The notes under the pieces are model-generated. The model was given only the letters and a program-made list of their open reading frames with translations. It was not told the DNA's origin and made no database searches. This document shows, piece by piece, positions 11,769 through 24,509 of a DNA stretch of 64,000 nucleotides (the first letter of the stretch is position 1; every line of letters begins with the position of its first letter). The translations under genes were made by a program, and so were the position numbers. The stretch comes from Octopus vulgaris (lineage: Eukaryota): the NCBI GenBank assembly GCA_951406725.2, contig OX597818.1, positions 57,288,001 to 57,352,000 of the forward strand, given 5' to 3'.

Positions 11769-11960
11769 AGGCGGTGAGCTGGCAGGATCGTTAGCTCGCC
11801 GGGCAAAATATTTGTAGGCATATCTTGCGATTTTACGTTCGGAGCTCAAATTCCGCCGGGGACGGCAAGGATGAAATAAGTGGACCACTTTTGCACTGAG
11901 GCCGATGTAATCGACTTACCTTATTTGCTCGACATTGCTGGCCTTGCGCCAAAACTTAAA
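11769..11960 (+). mobile_element. SINE B, degenerate
   Basis: ggcggtgagctggcag...caaattccgcc head and ggccttgcgccaaaa tail. Confidence 0.7.
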
Positions 11961-13492
11961 ACTACTACTACTACTCCTACATATATTTGTTTCTAACCTC
12001 TTTTATCCATTATAGTTTGTCTGCTTCTTCGTCGTCTCAATCTGAATGTAGGACGTGCCATACATTTCAATACCTAAGCACGATTACACTTCGTCTGTTT
12101 AGTCTCCTCTTTCTTTTGTGCTACCAAATTCTCACTATAAACTTTAACTTTTCTTTTAGATTTTTTATTCAATATGTATTTCAGTTATGTTTTACAACTA
12201 AAGCGAAAGAAACCCAGGACATGTTTTATATCTTTCGCTAATACACAATTAATCTTAGGCTCATTATTTATGTTCAATATTTATTTCACTTCAGTTCACA
12301 ATACCGTATTTACAATGCAGTAGAAGCTACCGGCGACAGATTGGAAGACAGCTATTCATAAAGATATATAGAGACATTTGTTTTTTTTACATATATAATT
12401 ATAATAAGCAACTTATATCTGTTTCGCTCTTACTTTCTATTAAACGAAGTTTCTCTATAGCTTTCCAGGTTTCGATATATCATTTTTTTTTCACACTAAG
12501 TAAGTTCGGTGGCAATTTCTGTGCGGGTTAAGATGAATAACAAACGTCGAACGCTGAATGGATGTGTTGTATCGAAGAGAAGCAACCAAGACAGCCTATC
12601 TTACGAATTCCGGTTATTACAAAAACACGATGATAATGAAAGAATGTTTAATGAAAGCAGTCGTGAAACTATAAATCAAATATCTCCGTGACAAGAAACA
12701 GGCGGAAAATAGAAGTAAAAAAAGTCACTTGGGAAATACAAAAAGCTCATTGATCAAGACTGCTACTGGGAATATGTGTAGAGAAGCCTTCGGAGATTAT
12801 TTTAAGTAGAATAGAAAAAGGGTTAGGGGCGAGAGAATCAAGAGATAAACCATCAAGCTTTAATCCTTCGTTATCTCAGCTTGCTCTATCAACGTATATA
12901 AACGTATTACATACTGAGCTACGGTAACGAAGGCTTTGTTGTTTTCGAACTGGCCATGATCATTTAAACTATGCCTTATGATTAGGTCATGTGCAAACAC
13001 CTCTATACCCTTGTAAAGATTATTCAGAAACCTTATGGTATTACAACCCATCGATATTGCATTAGAAATGCGATAAATAACTAGAGTTCGATGTTGCTGT
13101 CAACTTCCTTATCGTTGCATTAAATGTGATAAACCCGTTTAATGCAATGCAGGGCTAAAAGCGAATGTGAATGAGACAATATTGTTGCTTTGTTCTTGGT
13201 GCAAAAAACCAAATGCAAAAAAGGCTAGTATGGGGGTGGGGAAGAGAGTGTGGGAGAGAGAGGTGGGGAGGGAAATTTTTATACTGGTTTTAGAAAGGCT
13301 GCCAAGCTTAGAAGTGTCGCTGATTTCGAAGAAATAACAACCAATTCTTAGAATCTAAAAACAATTTAATAAAAGCATTTAGATCTTTTTTATATATTTT
13401 GTTTTCAAATTTGGTTTCAGCATTTTCTTAAGTATGCGTTTCTACGTGTGTCATAACATATCGGCTTCTCAAGTACACTGAAATTGGTTAAA

Positions 13493-14109
13493 TCTATTAT
13501 AAAAAAAATGGCAAGTTTGTGTGTTTGTGAATTTATTACTTTAACTCGTCCGAGACTATCCAACAGACCTTGATGAAAACTTGACACCTGTATTGCCCAT
13601 GTGATCACTTACGCACTTGGAATTATTACTTTAAAATCGATTTTTAATCAGTTTCGATTTTTCAAAAATAGTAAAATTTCGGCATTTTCCGCACTAGCCA
13701 TCGTTATATCAATTTGACGAAAGATATTTCATGGGTATAAACAGACAGCTTATTAACGGTAATCTATTTAGCATTTGCTAATTCTTCATTTCAATGCGAA
13801 TTGTTTTGATGTGCTAAAACTTATTATTTCAATTCGTTGTTTTAATTCCCCAGCGTTTCAGATTTTGATCAGGTAAGTACATTTTATTTCTCAAGCCCCA
13901 AAGCGTAAAACTTCGCCATTTTACGTACATGCACAAAAATGACAACACGGGTTCGCTACTAGACTCGGCTCATTTTTTCGTCAAATTGGACCTATCAATT
14001 AATATAGATTTTAAACTTTTGAAAAATGTCGAAACTTGACGAAAAATGTTTCATGGCTAAATACAGACATCTTGTTAACGGTAATTTTTTTACCGGGTAC
14101 TTCAGCTAG
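13493..14109 (+). mobile_element. Non-autonomous Helitron-like element
   Basis: A|TCtattataaaa 5' end and ccgggtacttcagCTAG|T 3' end, no TSD, internal direct repeat (about 13715-13765 vs 14037-14085). Confidence 0.65.
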
Positions 14110-15295
14110 TATATAATAAACAAAAACATATAAGCGGTTCTAAATTGTAAGAAAATTATGAATTTGAGAAAGAATTTCAAGCAATTACAAAAGTCATAAA
14201 TTGAGTTGATATTATGATAAAGATCAGGTGGTACCATCACCAATTCTTGTTCCATCTTCAGCGTGGAAAGAACGTTTAATTTATGTAAAAGATGTCGGTC
14301 TTAGATCTAACATTACGGTTTATAACAGATTTGATAAACAGTAAAACGAATAGTTTAAGTAAAATCCGTGTGCACACGCATAAAATGCATGGCCAGTTCT
14401 TGAATCTGAATCGATTAGCTTCCAAATGAATTTACTCCTTAAAATTATAAACAAGGTTTGCTCAAACAAATGAATTGGACGATGCGAGTACACAACACAA
14501 TTGACAGAGATATCTTGGGGCCTCATCAAGCAATGAGATTAAGAGATAGTGAATTTGATTCGCTGCTTTATTTCAAGATAATAGTAAATAAAACTTAGAT
14601 TTTCTTAATGCTCAATTAATTTCCAATGGATGCTGCTGACAAACAGGTTTTGGGATTTGGTATCCAAACATGTAAACAGTCTACTTGCGAGTAATTTGCA
14701 GTAATTATGCCATGTACTAATTTGGAAACCCAACACTTGGAACGACTAATTAGGCTGTGTAAAAGAGGCGTTGTAAGGGAACCTTTACTTCAAATAATCC
14801 CTTCTGTTTAGTCATTTTATGAACTGCTACAATTTTAATTACTATTTCCATTTGGTGAAAGATGTAAGTTAATTTGTCATCTGATGTTGCGGGGGAAAAA
14901 ATCTCAATAAATTATAGAAGTTAATTACTACAAATAGAGGCCTATAATGCTTTCAAATCATTTTAATTATCTCCAATTGTGAAGTCATTTAGCTCAAGAA
15001 TATTAATTACGATACGTATTCTGAAATTGAGGAAGCTAGATTCTAATGCGTAGTATCTGATAAACAAAACGGTAGAGATATATATTACGAAGTAATTTAG
15101 GATTCCATGGACTCTTATATAGTGAATATTGGTAAAAAGTAACAGCCGTGCCCACAGCTTTCATAGAAGGCCCACGATAAACGCAGAAATTATATCACAA
15201 CTCCTTGGAAATTGTACAAACGTTCTCAAAACTGCATTTGCTTTTTATATCTTCATATGAATTCTGAATTGGTAAGAAATTAAAGATGAAATATA

Positions 15296-15891
15296 TATTT
15301 CTTTATTGCCCACAAGGGGCTAAACATAGAGGGGACAAACAAGGACAGACAAACGGATTAAGTCGATTATATCGACCCCAGTGTGTAAACTGGTACTTTA
15401 TCGACCCCAAAAGGATGAAAGGCAAAGTCGACCTCGGCGGAATTTGAACTCAGAACATAACAGCAGACGAAATACCTATTTCTTTACTACCCACAAGGGG
15501 CTAAACACAGAGGGGACAAACAAGGACAGACATACGGATTAAGTCGATTATATCGATCCCAGTGCGTAACTGGTACTTAATTTATCGACCCCGAAAGGAT
15601 GAAAGGCAAAGTCGACCTCGGCGGAATTTGAACTCACAACGTAACAGCAGACGAAATACCTATTTCTTTATTACCCACAAGGGGCTAAACACAGAGGGGA
15701 CAAACAAGGACAGACATAGGTATTAAGTCGATTACATCGACCCCAGTGCGTAACTGGTACTTAATTTATCGACCCTGAAAGGATGAAAGGCAAAGTCGAC
15801 CTCGGCGGAATTTGAACTCAGAACGTAGCGGCAGACGAAATACCGCTACGCATTTCGCCCGGTGTGCTAACGATTCTACCAGCTCGCCGCC
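15296..15891 (-). mobile_element. SINE B trimer (one head, three bodies)
   Basis: Three units of about 183 bp flanked by a perfect 23-bp TSD taagaaattaaagatgaaatata (15273-15295, 15892-15914). Confidence 0.92.
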
Positions 15892-16407
15892 TAAGAAATT
15901 AAAGATGAAATATACTCTGGGCAAATAGCAGTTGTTACATCGGATTCAGCGAAAAGAAATTTACATATGAAATATGTAAGACAATTTATTAGAAACATAA
16001 CTTTATTTTCCTTTTATCGTTGATTTCATTGACTTTAATTTAAGGAAAAGTAATGAAATATGTTGGTGGAGACAGTTTGTCATACGATCGTTCCAATTAT
16101 AAAAAATTATGTATGAGTTAACATATTGTGCTGTACTCCATTATTGCATTCGTTATAAACTCGTTTATAATAAACGTTCAAGTTAAAGAAAGATTTATGA
16201 TGTCACAGATACTTTCTAATATTTCTTTAGATTTTGCAATGAAGAGAATGAAAATTTCATGAAAGCAAATATTGGTAAATATTCCAAAATTATTTTTCCA
16301 TATGAAAATTTTCCATTTTATGTATCACTCTCTCTAGCATATTAACATAAATGTTAAGCTGACAAGTGGATTCAATACGATTGTAGATTAGTTCAAAATA
16401 TATTAGT

Positions 16408-16637
16408 GGCAGCGAGCTGGTAGAAACGTTAGCACGCCGGGCGAAATGCTTAGCAATATTTCGTCTGTCGCTACGTTCTGAGTTCAAATTCCGCCGAGGT
16501 CGACTTTGCCTTTCATCCTTTCGGGGTCGATTAAATAAGTACCAGTTATGCACTGTAGTCGATATAATCGACTTAATCCCTTTGTCTGTCCTTGTTTGTC
16601 CTCTCTATGTTTAGCCCCTTGTGGGTAGTAAAGAAAT
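16408..16637 (+). mobile_element. SINE B monomer
   Basis: Full head and body, flanked by duplicated aaatatattagtggc. Confidence 0.9.
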
Positions 16638-17033
16638 AAATATATTAGTGGCGAGGTGAAAGAGTCAAGAGCAGATGAAATATTTGTCAGTAGTTTCAGA
16701 GAAGAGAGAATTTTGACTACAATTACACATGGAAAAATGTGAATTTAAAAAAAAATTGTAGTGAAATACTTAGGATAGATAATTATTGGCATTGGAATTC
16801 ATGACGAAAAGAGAGTGATGGTCGCTGAAACATTTCCCAGAAATAATGTTTTTGGAACAAATTTTATGAAGTAAAATGTGATCGAACTCATTCAGAGAGC
16901 AAATGCAGATAACTACGGAAAGGGAGACGAAAGAATTGGCTAAGCTTTAAGTGGTGGAAAATATTTCTTTTCATAGCAAGCGAATGTATTACAGATTGAT
17001 AACCACAATATATAAAGACATGCCAGAATCATA

Positions 17034-18357
17034 TATTTCTTTACTACCCACAAGGGGCTAAACACAGAGGGGACGAACAAGGACAGACAAACGGATTAAG
17101 TCGATTACATCGATCCCAGTGCGTAACTGGTACTTAATTTATCGACCCCAAAAGGATGAAAGGCAAAGTGGACCTCGGCGGAATTTGAACTCAGAACGTA
17201 ACGGCAGACGAAATACATATTTCTTTACTACCCACAAGGGGCTAAACACAGAGGGGACAAACAAGGACAGACAAAGGGATTAAGTCGATTACATCGACCT
17301 CAGTGCGTAACCGGTACTTATTTAATCGACCCCGAAAGGATATAAGGCAAAGTCGACCTCGGCGGAATTTGAACTCAGAACGTAACGGCAGACGAAATAC
17401 ATATTTCTTTACTACTCACAAGGGGCTAAACACAGAGGGGACAAACAAGGACAGACAAACGGATTAAGTCGATTACATCGACCTCAGTGCGTAACCGGTA
17501 CTTATTTAATCGACCCCGAAAGGATATAAGGCAAAGTCGACCTCGGCGGAATTTGAACTCAGAACGTAGCGGCAGACGAAATACATATTTCTTTACTACC
17601 CACAAGGGACTAAACATAGAGGGGACAAACAAGGACAGACAAACGGATTAAGTCGATTATATTGACCCCAGTGCAGTAACTGGTACTTAATTTATCGACC
17701 CCGAAAGGATAAAAGGCAAAGTGGACCTCGGCGGAATTTGAACTCAGAACGTAACGGCAGACGAAATACATATTTCTTTACTACCCACAAGGGCTAAACA
17801 TAGAGGGGACAAACAAGGACAGACAAACGGATTAAGTCGATTATATCGACCCCAGTGAGTAACTGGTACTTAATTTATCGACCCCGAAAGGATGAAAGGC
17901 AAAGTCGACCTCGGCGGAATTTGAACTCAGAACGTAACGGCAGACGAAATACATATTTCTTTACTACTCACAAGGGGCTAAACATAGAGGGGACAAACAA
18001 GGACAGACAAACGGATTAAGTCGATTACATCGATCCCAGTGCATAACCGGTACTTAATTTATCGACCCCGAAAGGATAAAAGGCAAAGTGGACCTCGGCG
18101 GAATTTGAACTCAGAACGTAACGGCAGACGAAATACATATTTCTTTACTACCCACAAGGGGCTAAACATAGAGGGGACAAACAAGGACAGACAAACGGAT
18201 TAAGTCGATTACATCGACCTCAGTGCGTAACCGGTACTTATTTAATCGACCCCGAAAGGATATAAGGCAAAGTGGACCTCGGCGGAATTTGAACCCAGAA
18301 CGTAACGGCAGACAAAAGACGGCTACGCATTTCGCCCGGCGTGTTCACGTTTTTGCC
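17034..18357 (-). mobile_element. SINE B heptamer (one head, seven bodies of about 184 bp)
   Basis: Seven tandem units flanked by atg(c/g)cagaatcata (17020-17033, 18360-18373). Confidence 0.92.
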
Positions 18358-18699
18358 TTATGGCAGAATCATAGCTAACACACACAGGTTAGCATTTTTT
18401 CTCAATGCACATGTTATTTAGTTGCTTTCATGAAATATAGCTCCTTAAGTGTTACATCTTTTCAAACTTGATGCCATGTTGGACAGCATTTTTCTAGTGT
18501 AAAATCCGAATGAAAATGATTCGAGGAATTTTTGAAGAATAAAAAATATTTTAGAGAAGAAAATCAATTTCTTTGCAAACATTTGTTTGGAAGAAATGCC
18601 AACAATTTGTGGCGCATAAAAGTATTTTGTGAAAGCAGAATCGAAATTTAACTGGTCAGTTGAATGCAACAACGCTTTCAAATGATCGAGGCAAATATT

Positions 18700-19112
18700 G
18701 GATCTTTTCGGTTTGAACGGCAGTTTTTAACATAATTTCTAGGTAACTAAAAAATTTTAAACTTCGTATACTGGTAGAATGTGTTTATAAAACATCTTTT
18801 TCTCTTGGCTTTATTGAGAAAATTCTATAGTTTGTAAGATATTTGTTGTTTTTTTTCTTCAATTTCTGCAATTTCAACCAATCAGTGACGTCTGTTGTGG
18901 TAAAAAAACATTGTGCCGTATGAATATGTCCCTCGTTTAAGAAACAGATTGAGTTTATTTACATTTGTGAAGAAAAAAAGATACCCTTCCCCCACCCCTA
19001 ACTAACCCTAAAACAGATTGAAATGCAATAGATCGATACTAGGGTCATAATTATGGGTGACAATTTCATATGACATCACTAGGAAAAACTGCCGTTCAAA
19101 CCGAAAAGATCC
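18700..19112. mobile_element. MITE, Merlin-like
   Basis: Perfect 29-bp TIR GGATCTTTTCGGTTTGAACGGCAGTTTTT and 8-bp TSD caaatatt. GG termini with an 8-bp TSD fit the Merlin superfamily. Confidence 0.8.
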
Positions 19113-19615
19113 CAAATATTGACTGAGAAAAATATTTCAGCTGATTTTGATAAAATATTGCCAGTGTTTATTGCAAGTGATGCATGAAGCTGGACTCGGG
19201 GTAGTTCTTAGTCACAGATTGGAAACTGGATTTGAATCTATTTTATTTATACCAAAACTTTGGACAAAAGATAAGAAAATATATTCTAGAATAGAAAAGA
19301 AAGCCTTATCTAACGCTGTCACATTTTCTGACAAAATATTTATTTGGAAAGACGTCTACGATTTTCACAGATCATAAACGACTGCTCGAATATATTGAAT
19401 CCGGAGAAACAAAACGAAAAACGAAAATAAAAAACAACAAAGCAATTTGTCTGAAACGGTGTTGCAACGACTTGAGAGTTGGTAATTGATTTATGGGCCG
19501 GAAAGTGACAAAACAAAATTGAAAAGGCGATGTTATGAGGATACTCGCCTTTGAGTCAGACAAACTCTTTGAGCCAGAGACAAAAGGTGAAGAACAGTTT
19601 CTTTACAAACAAGCA

Positions 19616-19656
<41 letters not shown>

Positions 19657-20022
19657 TAATAGTAATAATAATAACATTAAAATGGAGTGTTCAACTGATA
19701 GTCAAAGACGTAAATAACGATCGAATTTTGATCGAATTTGTTCACTTTATGAAATATGGTCTATGTTAAATTCAATGGGTTAAAATCGAAAAATTTCAGG
19801 ATTCAAAAAACTAGGCTGAGTATATTTTGAAAGGTGTTCATTAGCAGAAAATGTTTTGCAGTAAAGATTATTTACCAATATAACATGGCAGTCCTCGTTA
19901 GGAGGAATGTTGTTGTAATTTAGCCCCAGGAGACATTGTTTCCAGCTGGCTATACGACACAATCTGTGTCCTTATATTTTCGAACAAGGGAATCTAGCGC
20001 CCCAATTCAGCTCTAAACAATG

Positions 20023-20067
20023 TCTGTGTATCGCAATTTCCGGGTTATTTCTCTTCATCAGAACAGA
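20023..20067 (-). ncRNA. Hammerhead-like motif with a decayed stem II
   Basis: Minus strand tctgtt CTGATGA agagaaataacccg GAAAT TGCG ATA cacaga. Confidence 0.5.
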
Positions 20068-20076
20068 AAAAGTTTT

Positions 20077-20372
20077 ACAGTTCTAAATTTAAGGGATGAG
20101 GAATTATGTACATTGTTTACATTTGATGGATATTTGTCCTCATTTTGTTTGTTGTTAACACAACATTTCGGCTGATATACCCTCCAGCCTTCCTCAGGTG
20201 TCTTGGGGAAATTTCGAACCTTGGTTCTCATTCATCGAAAAATGCCTTAGGAATGAGAACCCAGGTTCGAAATTTCTCCAAGACATCTTAAGAAGGCTAG
20301 CGGGTATATCAGCCGAAACGTTGTGTTAACAACAAACAAGATGAGGACAAATATCCGTCGAATGTAAATAAT
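20077..20372. mobile_element. Inverted pair of PLE pseudo-LTR-like arms, each with a minimal hammerhead
   Basis: Arms of about 120 bp around 20233-20250. Minus 20157-20202: gacac CTGAGGA a ggctg/cagcc GAAAT GTT gtgtt. Plus 20282-20327: gacat CTTAAGA a ggcta/cagcc GAAAC GTT gtgtt. Confidence 0.75.
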
Positions 20373-20513
20373 ATAGAAAATGTTTTGCCAGAAACCAAAT
20401 ACAAAATAAAAAGAAACAGTAAATTTACCAATGCTGAGAGTCAAGAGTATAATCAAAATGCGAAGAACATCAAAAAGAACAAAAAAAAAAAAAAAGAAAA
20501 AACCCAGAAGAAT

Positions 20514-20700
20514 ACGATGGGGTGTTGAAAAGTTCTTGACTCTAAGGGTGTATTACGAAAGGCCTGGTTGGAAGTCCAAACTTCCGAGTTCTTTCACAGG
20601 GCTCAGAAAAACTGAAGGACCGCTGCAATAAATGTGTGAATCTGAGAGGGAAATATGTTGAACAAAATCATGATTAACTGATCCTACGTTTTTTTTCTTT
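20514..20700 (+). mobile_element. Internally deleted mariner relic
   Basis: TIR-like tacgatggggtgttgaaaagttc followed by a transposase C-terminus (WLEVQTSEFF...KLKDRCNKCVNLRGKYVE). Confidence 0.65.
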
Positions 20701-20865
20701 TACTCAGCTCGAATATAGAGTAGAAAATATGCATAAAAAATAATACAGAATTTTAGGTTTAATTGTGACACCATAAACTATTTTGAGAGCAAATAAATTA
20801 TGCGGAACAAATTTAAGAAAGTTACCATTTACATGCGTAATGCTAAGATTGGAGAGTCAAGTATT

Positions 20866-21280
20866 GGAAGAAATATGAAGAAGAATGAGAAGAAGAATAA
20901 GGAAGAAGGGTAGAAGAAGAAGAGGAGGAGAAAAAGAGGAAGCAGTAGAACAAGTAGGGAAAGAAGAGGAGAAAGAGGTGAGAAGAGGAAGGAGAAGAAC
21001 AAGAAGAATGAGGACGGAGAGGATGAGGAAGAGCAGAGAGAGAAACAGAAGTAGGGGAGGAGGGGAGAAGAAAAATGAGGCGGAGGGGGGAAAAATAGAT
21101 GGAGAATAAGGAGGAGTGGGAGAAGAAGTAAAATAAGAGCGTGAAGAATAAGAAGGAGAAGAAGGAGCAGAAGAACAAGATGAAGGAGGTGAAGAACAAG
21201 GAGAATGATAAGAAAAGGAAGGAGCAGAAGATGAAGAAGGAGGAGGACGAGGAGAAGGTGATGAGAAGAAGAAGAAGAAA
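20866..21280. repeat. Polypurine (GAA/GGA) low-complexity tract
   Basis: About 400 bp almost devoid of pyrimidines on the plus strand. Confidence 0.95.
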
Positions 21281-21615
21281 TGGCTAACAACATCCAGAGC
21301 TCTGAACAGATATGATGGATTAGAAACTGACAACGTATGAAGGAGGGATTCTTTTGATCAACGTTGAAGACCCAAGAATATGAAATAACAATGAACGAAG
21401 AAGAATGGAATTAAGAACGAAGGTTCCATAATGCAACCAAGAATAAATAGGCAAAATGGGGCAAAGAAAGACAGAAAGGCTCTAATTAAGAGGGGAAACG
21501 ACGGCCATAACCGGAAATAAGACATGGCAGACGATGAATAGCGACATCAATGGTGAAACGAGATGACAAATAGTCTTTTGATAAAGAGGAACACACGTGA
21601 ATACAAGCAGAGCTG

Positions 21616-21737
21616 TACTACTACTACTACTACTACTAAAACTACAATTACGACTACTACTGCTGCTGCTACTACGACTACTGCTGCTGCTGCTACTACA
21701 ACTACTGCTGCTGCTGCTGCTACTACTGCTGCTGCTG

Positions 21738-21781
<44 letters not shown>

Positions 21782-21907
21782 GCTACTATTGCTACTACTA
21801 CAACTACTACTGCTGCTACAACTACTACAGCTATTATTTTTGCTGCTCCTCCTCCTCCTACTGCTGCTGATGCCTTAACTTCTGCTGGTGCTGTTGTTGT
21901 TGTTGTT
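21616..21907. repeat. Compound (CTA)/(CTG)/(CCT)/(GTT) microsatellite
   Basis: Direct observation. Confidence 0.95.
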
Positions 21908-22369
21908 AAGCAACAAGACAGGTAAGGGTGATTAGGTAATGGTCTAGGGCTTAGGGGCGGGAGACCCCAGACCTTGGAAAAAAAACTTTGGTCGTCTTGT
22001 AGTCGAGGGCTCTTCGTTGACGCCCGATACCACTGGGAGATGGCCCTCGAAGTCGCTGGAAATGGAGATCTCCAGGTGCAAATTCTTGAACGGCTGCTGC
22101 TCCTCCTACTTCATCTTTTTCAGGCGGCTGTATTCCAAGTGTGTTTTGCGACGTTGATTCAGGTAAGTGCCCTTGATTAGCGTTGGCACTTTCTCAATTT
22201 CATATTCCTATACATCTGCCAATAACATCAACAGAGTTGAGTCGTTTTCCTCCTTCACAGAGATGGATAAAATTATCCATAAATTTTCTTTGCGGTTTTG
22301 TGTGTGTGTGTGTGTGTGTTCACATCCTCATATGATTTGACCCATCAAGAAAAAGTTTGGGCTACGTAA

Positions 22370-22602
22370 CTATTTCTTTACTACCCACAAATGGCTAAAC
22401 ACAGAGGGGACAAACAAGGACAGACAAACGGTTTAAGTCGATCATATCGACCCCAGTGCGTAACTGGTACTTATTTAATCGACCCCGAAAGAATGAAAGG
22501 CAAAGTCGACCTCGGCGGAATTTGAACTCAGAACGTAGCGGCAGACGAAATACCGCTAAGCATTTCGCCCGGCGTGCTAACGTTTCAGCCAGCTCGCCGC
22601 CT
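22370..22602 (-). mobile_element. SINE B monomer
   Basis: Full copy flanked by duplicated gtttgggctacgta. Confidence 0.9.
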
Positions 22603-22619
22603 TCAGTTTGGGCTACGTA

Positions 22620-22964
22620 CCATCAAAGCGAACTTGGTGTTCCTTATCTGCGGTCCATGTTTCAGCTCAAAGAGAATAATACATTCTTCACATGCCTCGA
22701 AAGACTCAAAGACGCCTGCAACTATCTGGTCACAGTGTGCGGCACCCTGAGCTGGAAGAATCCAAATGAGTCTTGTGAAATGCACTTCGTGGTGATACAG
22801 AAAGAGGAAGACGTCATCACACTTACATTGACAACCTGCTTACAAACACTGGCATGGAATATATCCAAGATTCCTCGAGGCAGTGATGAAGAACCGAGAA
22901 GTATGCCAGGAGGACTTTGTGGTTGCCGCCCGAGTTAGAACCCGACCATAATAATAATAATAAT
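22620..22964 (+). mobile_element. RTE-like LINE 3' end with (TAA)n tail
   Basis: LQLSGHSVRHPEL...RGRRHHTYIDNLLTNTG...MKNREVCQ resembles the C-terminus of RTE-group ORFs and ends in (ATA)n. Confidence 0.65.
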
Positions 22965-24509
22965 GCCCTAAAAAAATTCAGTCTTGTTCATTTTGAAATG
23001 CTTCACTGGCTTTGAAATGTCTTGACGTTTGTTGCAGGAAGTCTTATTTACTATCTGTCGACATAGGGCCTAAAGTATTTGAGGTCACTGACCACTTTTG
23101 AATAACATGTTATATTACCAACGATAAATAACTGACAATAAAAGAAAAAAAATGACGATCACATTATTCAAAAATGATGGGAAACGAGAAATGTAAACAA
23201 ATAAGAGACAACTATATAACAAAAGTTGAAGACATAAATATTGAATGAGAAATATGCCTGCGATATGATATGATATGATGTGTGTGTGTGAGTGTGTCTG
23301 TGTGTGTAAAGATGTCAAAATAAAACCGTAGATTGTACAGGAAGATAAAGTAAAGAAATGAACTATCAATTTGAATGATAGCCAAGCTAGAAGGCAATGA
23401 AATACTAGGAAATATGAACATAACGACAGAGGGCATGCAAAGACAAGTTTGCAGCTTTTAATGATGAACAATGACAATAGCAAAATTGTTAGCATATACA
23501 ATAAAGAAAGATGGAAAAATGGGTTGTGAAGAAATTTAAATATGAAAGCAAAAAATAGAAGCTAACATGACGAACCAGGATTACAAACATGGAGGTATAA
23601 CTAAGAACGTAATCACAGATGTAAATCTTTGTATATAGCAAAAGCATAAATACTCGATAAGAAATAAATTTAAACAAGCGGGAATATAAACCTTGATAAA
23701 AACATGATAATATTAACAAATATAATGTGTATAATGCTAGAGAACCCAACATGTCGATACAGAAATATCAAGGATGAAAAACGATGACACCAGCGTAATA
23801 TAACAAAAGAAAATGATAATCAGAGCAAACTTGAAAGAACATAACGATACCTAGCAATTAGATAAACGTAACTGTTGTCAACGATAATAAACAAAGGATT
23901 ATATAACCGTAGATGAAGAAATTAGAAATAAAAGAAATCGGTTATATAACCAAATGTGTAGAATGAAAAATCATAAAAACAAACCTGGCAAAGCTATAAA
24001 ATATACAATGGTGAAGACTTAGGAATTCAGCAAAAATCGAAGAAGAAAGGTAAGAATACGAAGGAAAAGGATCTGTAGATTATAATTAATAACTAGCTTA
24101 CGTAGGAAAATGATGATTATATAAGATAACCAAAGATGAATAGAAAATATAAGAATTTTAGATTGTAGCTAAAAAATAAATACGTAACAAGGAAGGCACT
24201 TGACACAGACCAAGAATCGAAGGAAAACTTTAAAAAAAAATTATCAGAAATAAATCCGAAAAACACTCACAGAACATGGCAATAGAGAACTGCGTACAGA
24301 AAAATAATAATATTCAGACTGGTGAATAATTAAGGGAAATTAAGAACAATTCATTAAAATTAAAATGAGTAAGTAAGAAGAAACGAGAAACACTGTGATT
24401 AAATAATGCAAGAATAGGAATAATTAACCAAAATACGCTGAATGGAAAATATAATCACCGATCGATCGTTTTCGAGAATACATCTTGAATATTTAAGTAC
24501 TGTATCTCT

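Larger units (their letters stand above)
16000..19880 (+). mobile_element. Highly decayed Ty3/Gypsy pol relic (RT, connection, RNase H), interrupted by SINE B arrays and a MITE
   Basis: LHMEKCEF..VKYLG (about 16725-16775), FNWSVECNNAF (about 18646), ASDA..GLGVVLSH, YSRIEKKAL, FTDHKRLL (about 19362). Many stops and frameshifts. Confidence 0.7.

Noticed and set aside
17034-18357. Regular array resembling CRISPR
   Set aside because: The units are 184-bp SINE bodies with no unique spacers and no cas genes, and the DNA is eukaryotic.
21563-21925. Thr/Ala-rich mucin-like ORF
   Set aside because: It is a triplet microsatellite with no supporting gene structure.
23300-24450. A-rich strand-biased region as a possible decayed LINE ORF
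   Set aside because: Only vague motif hints and no alignable frame.
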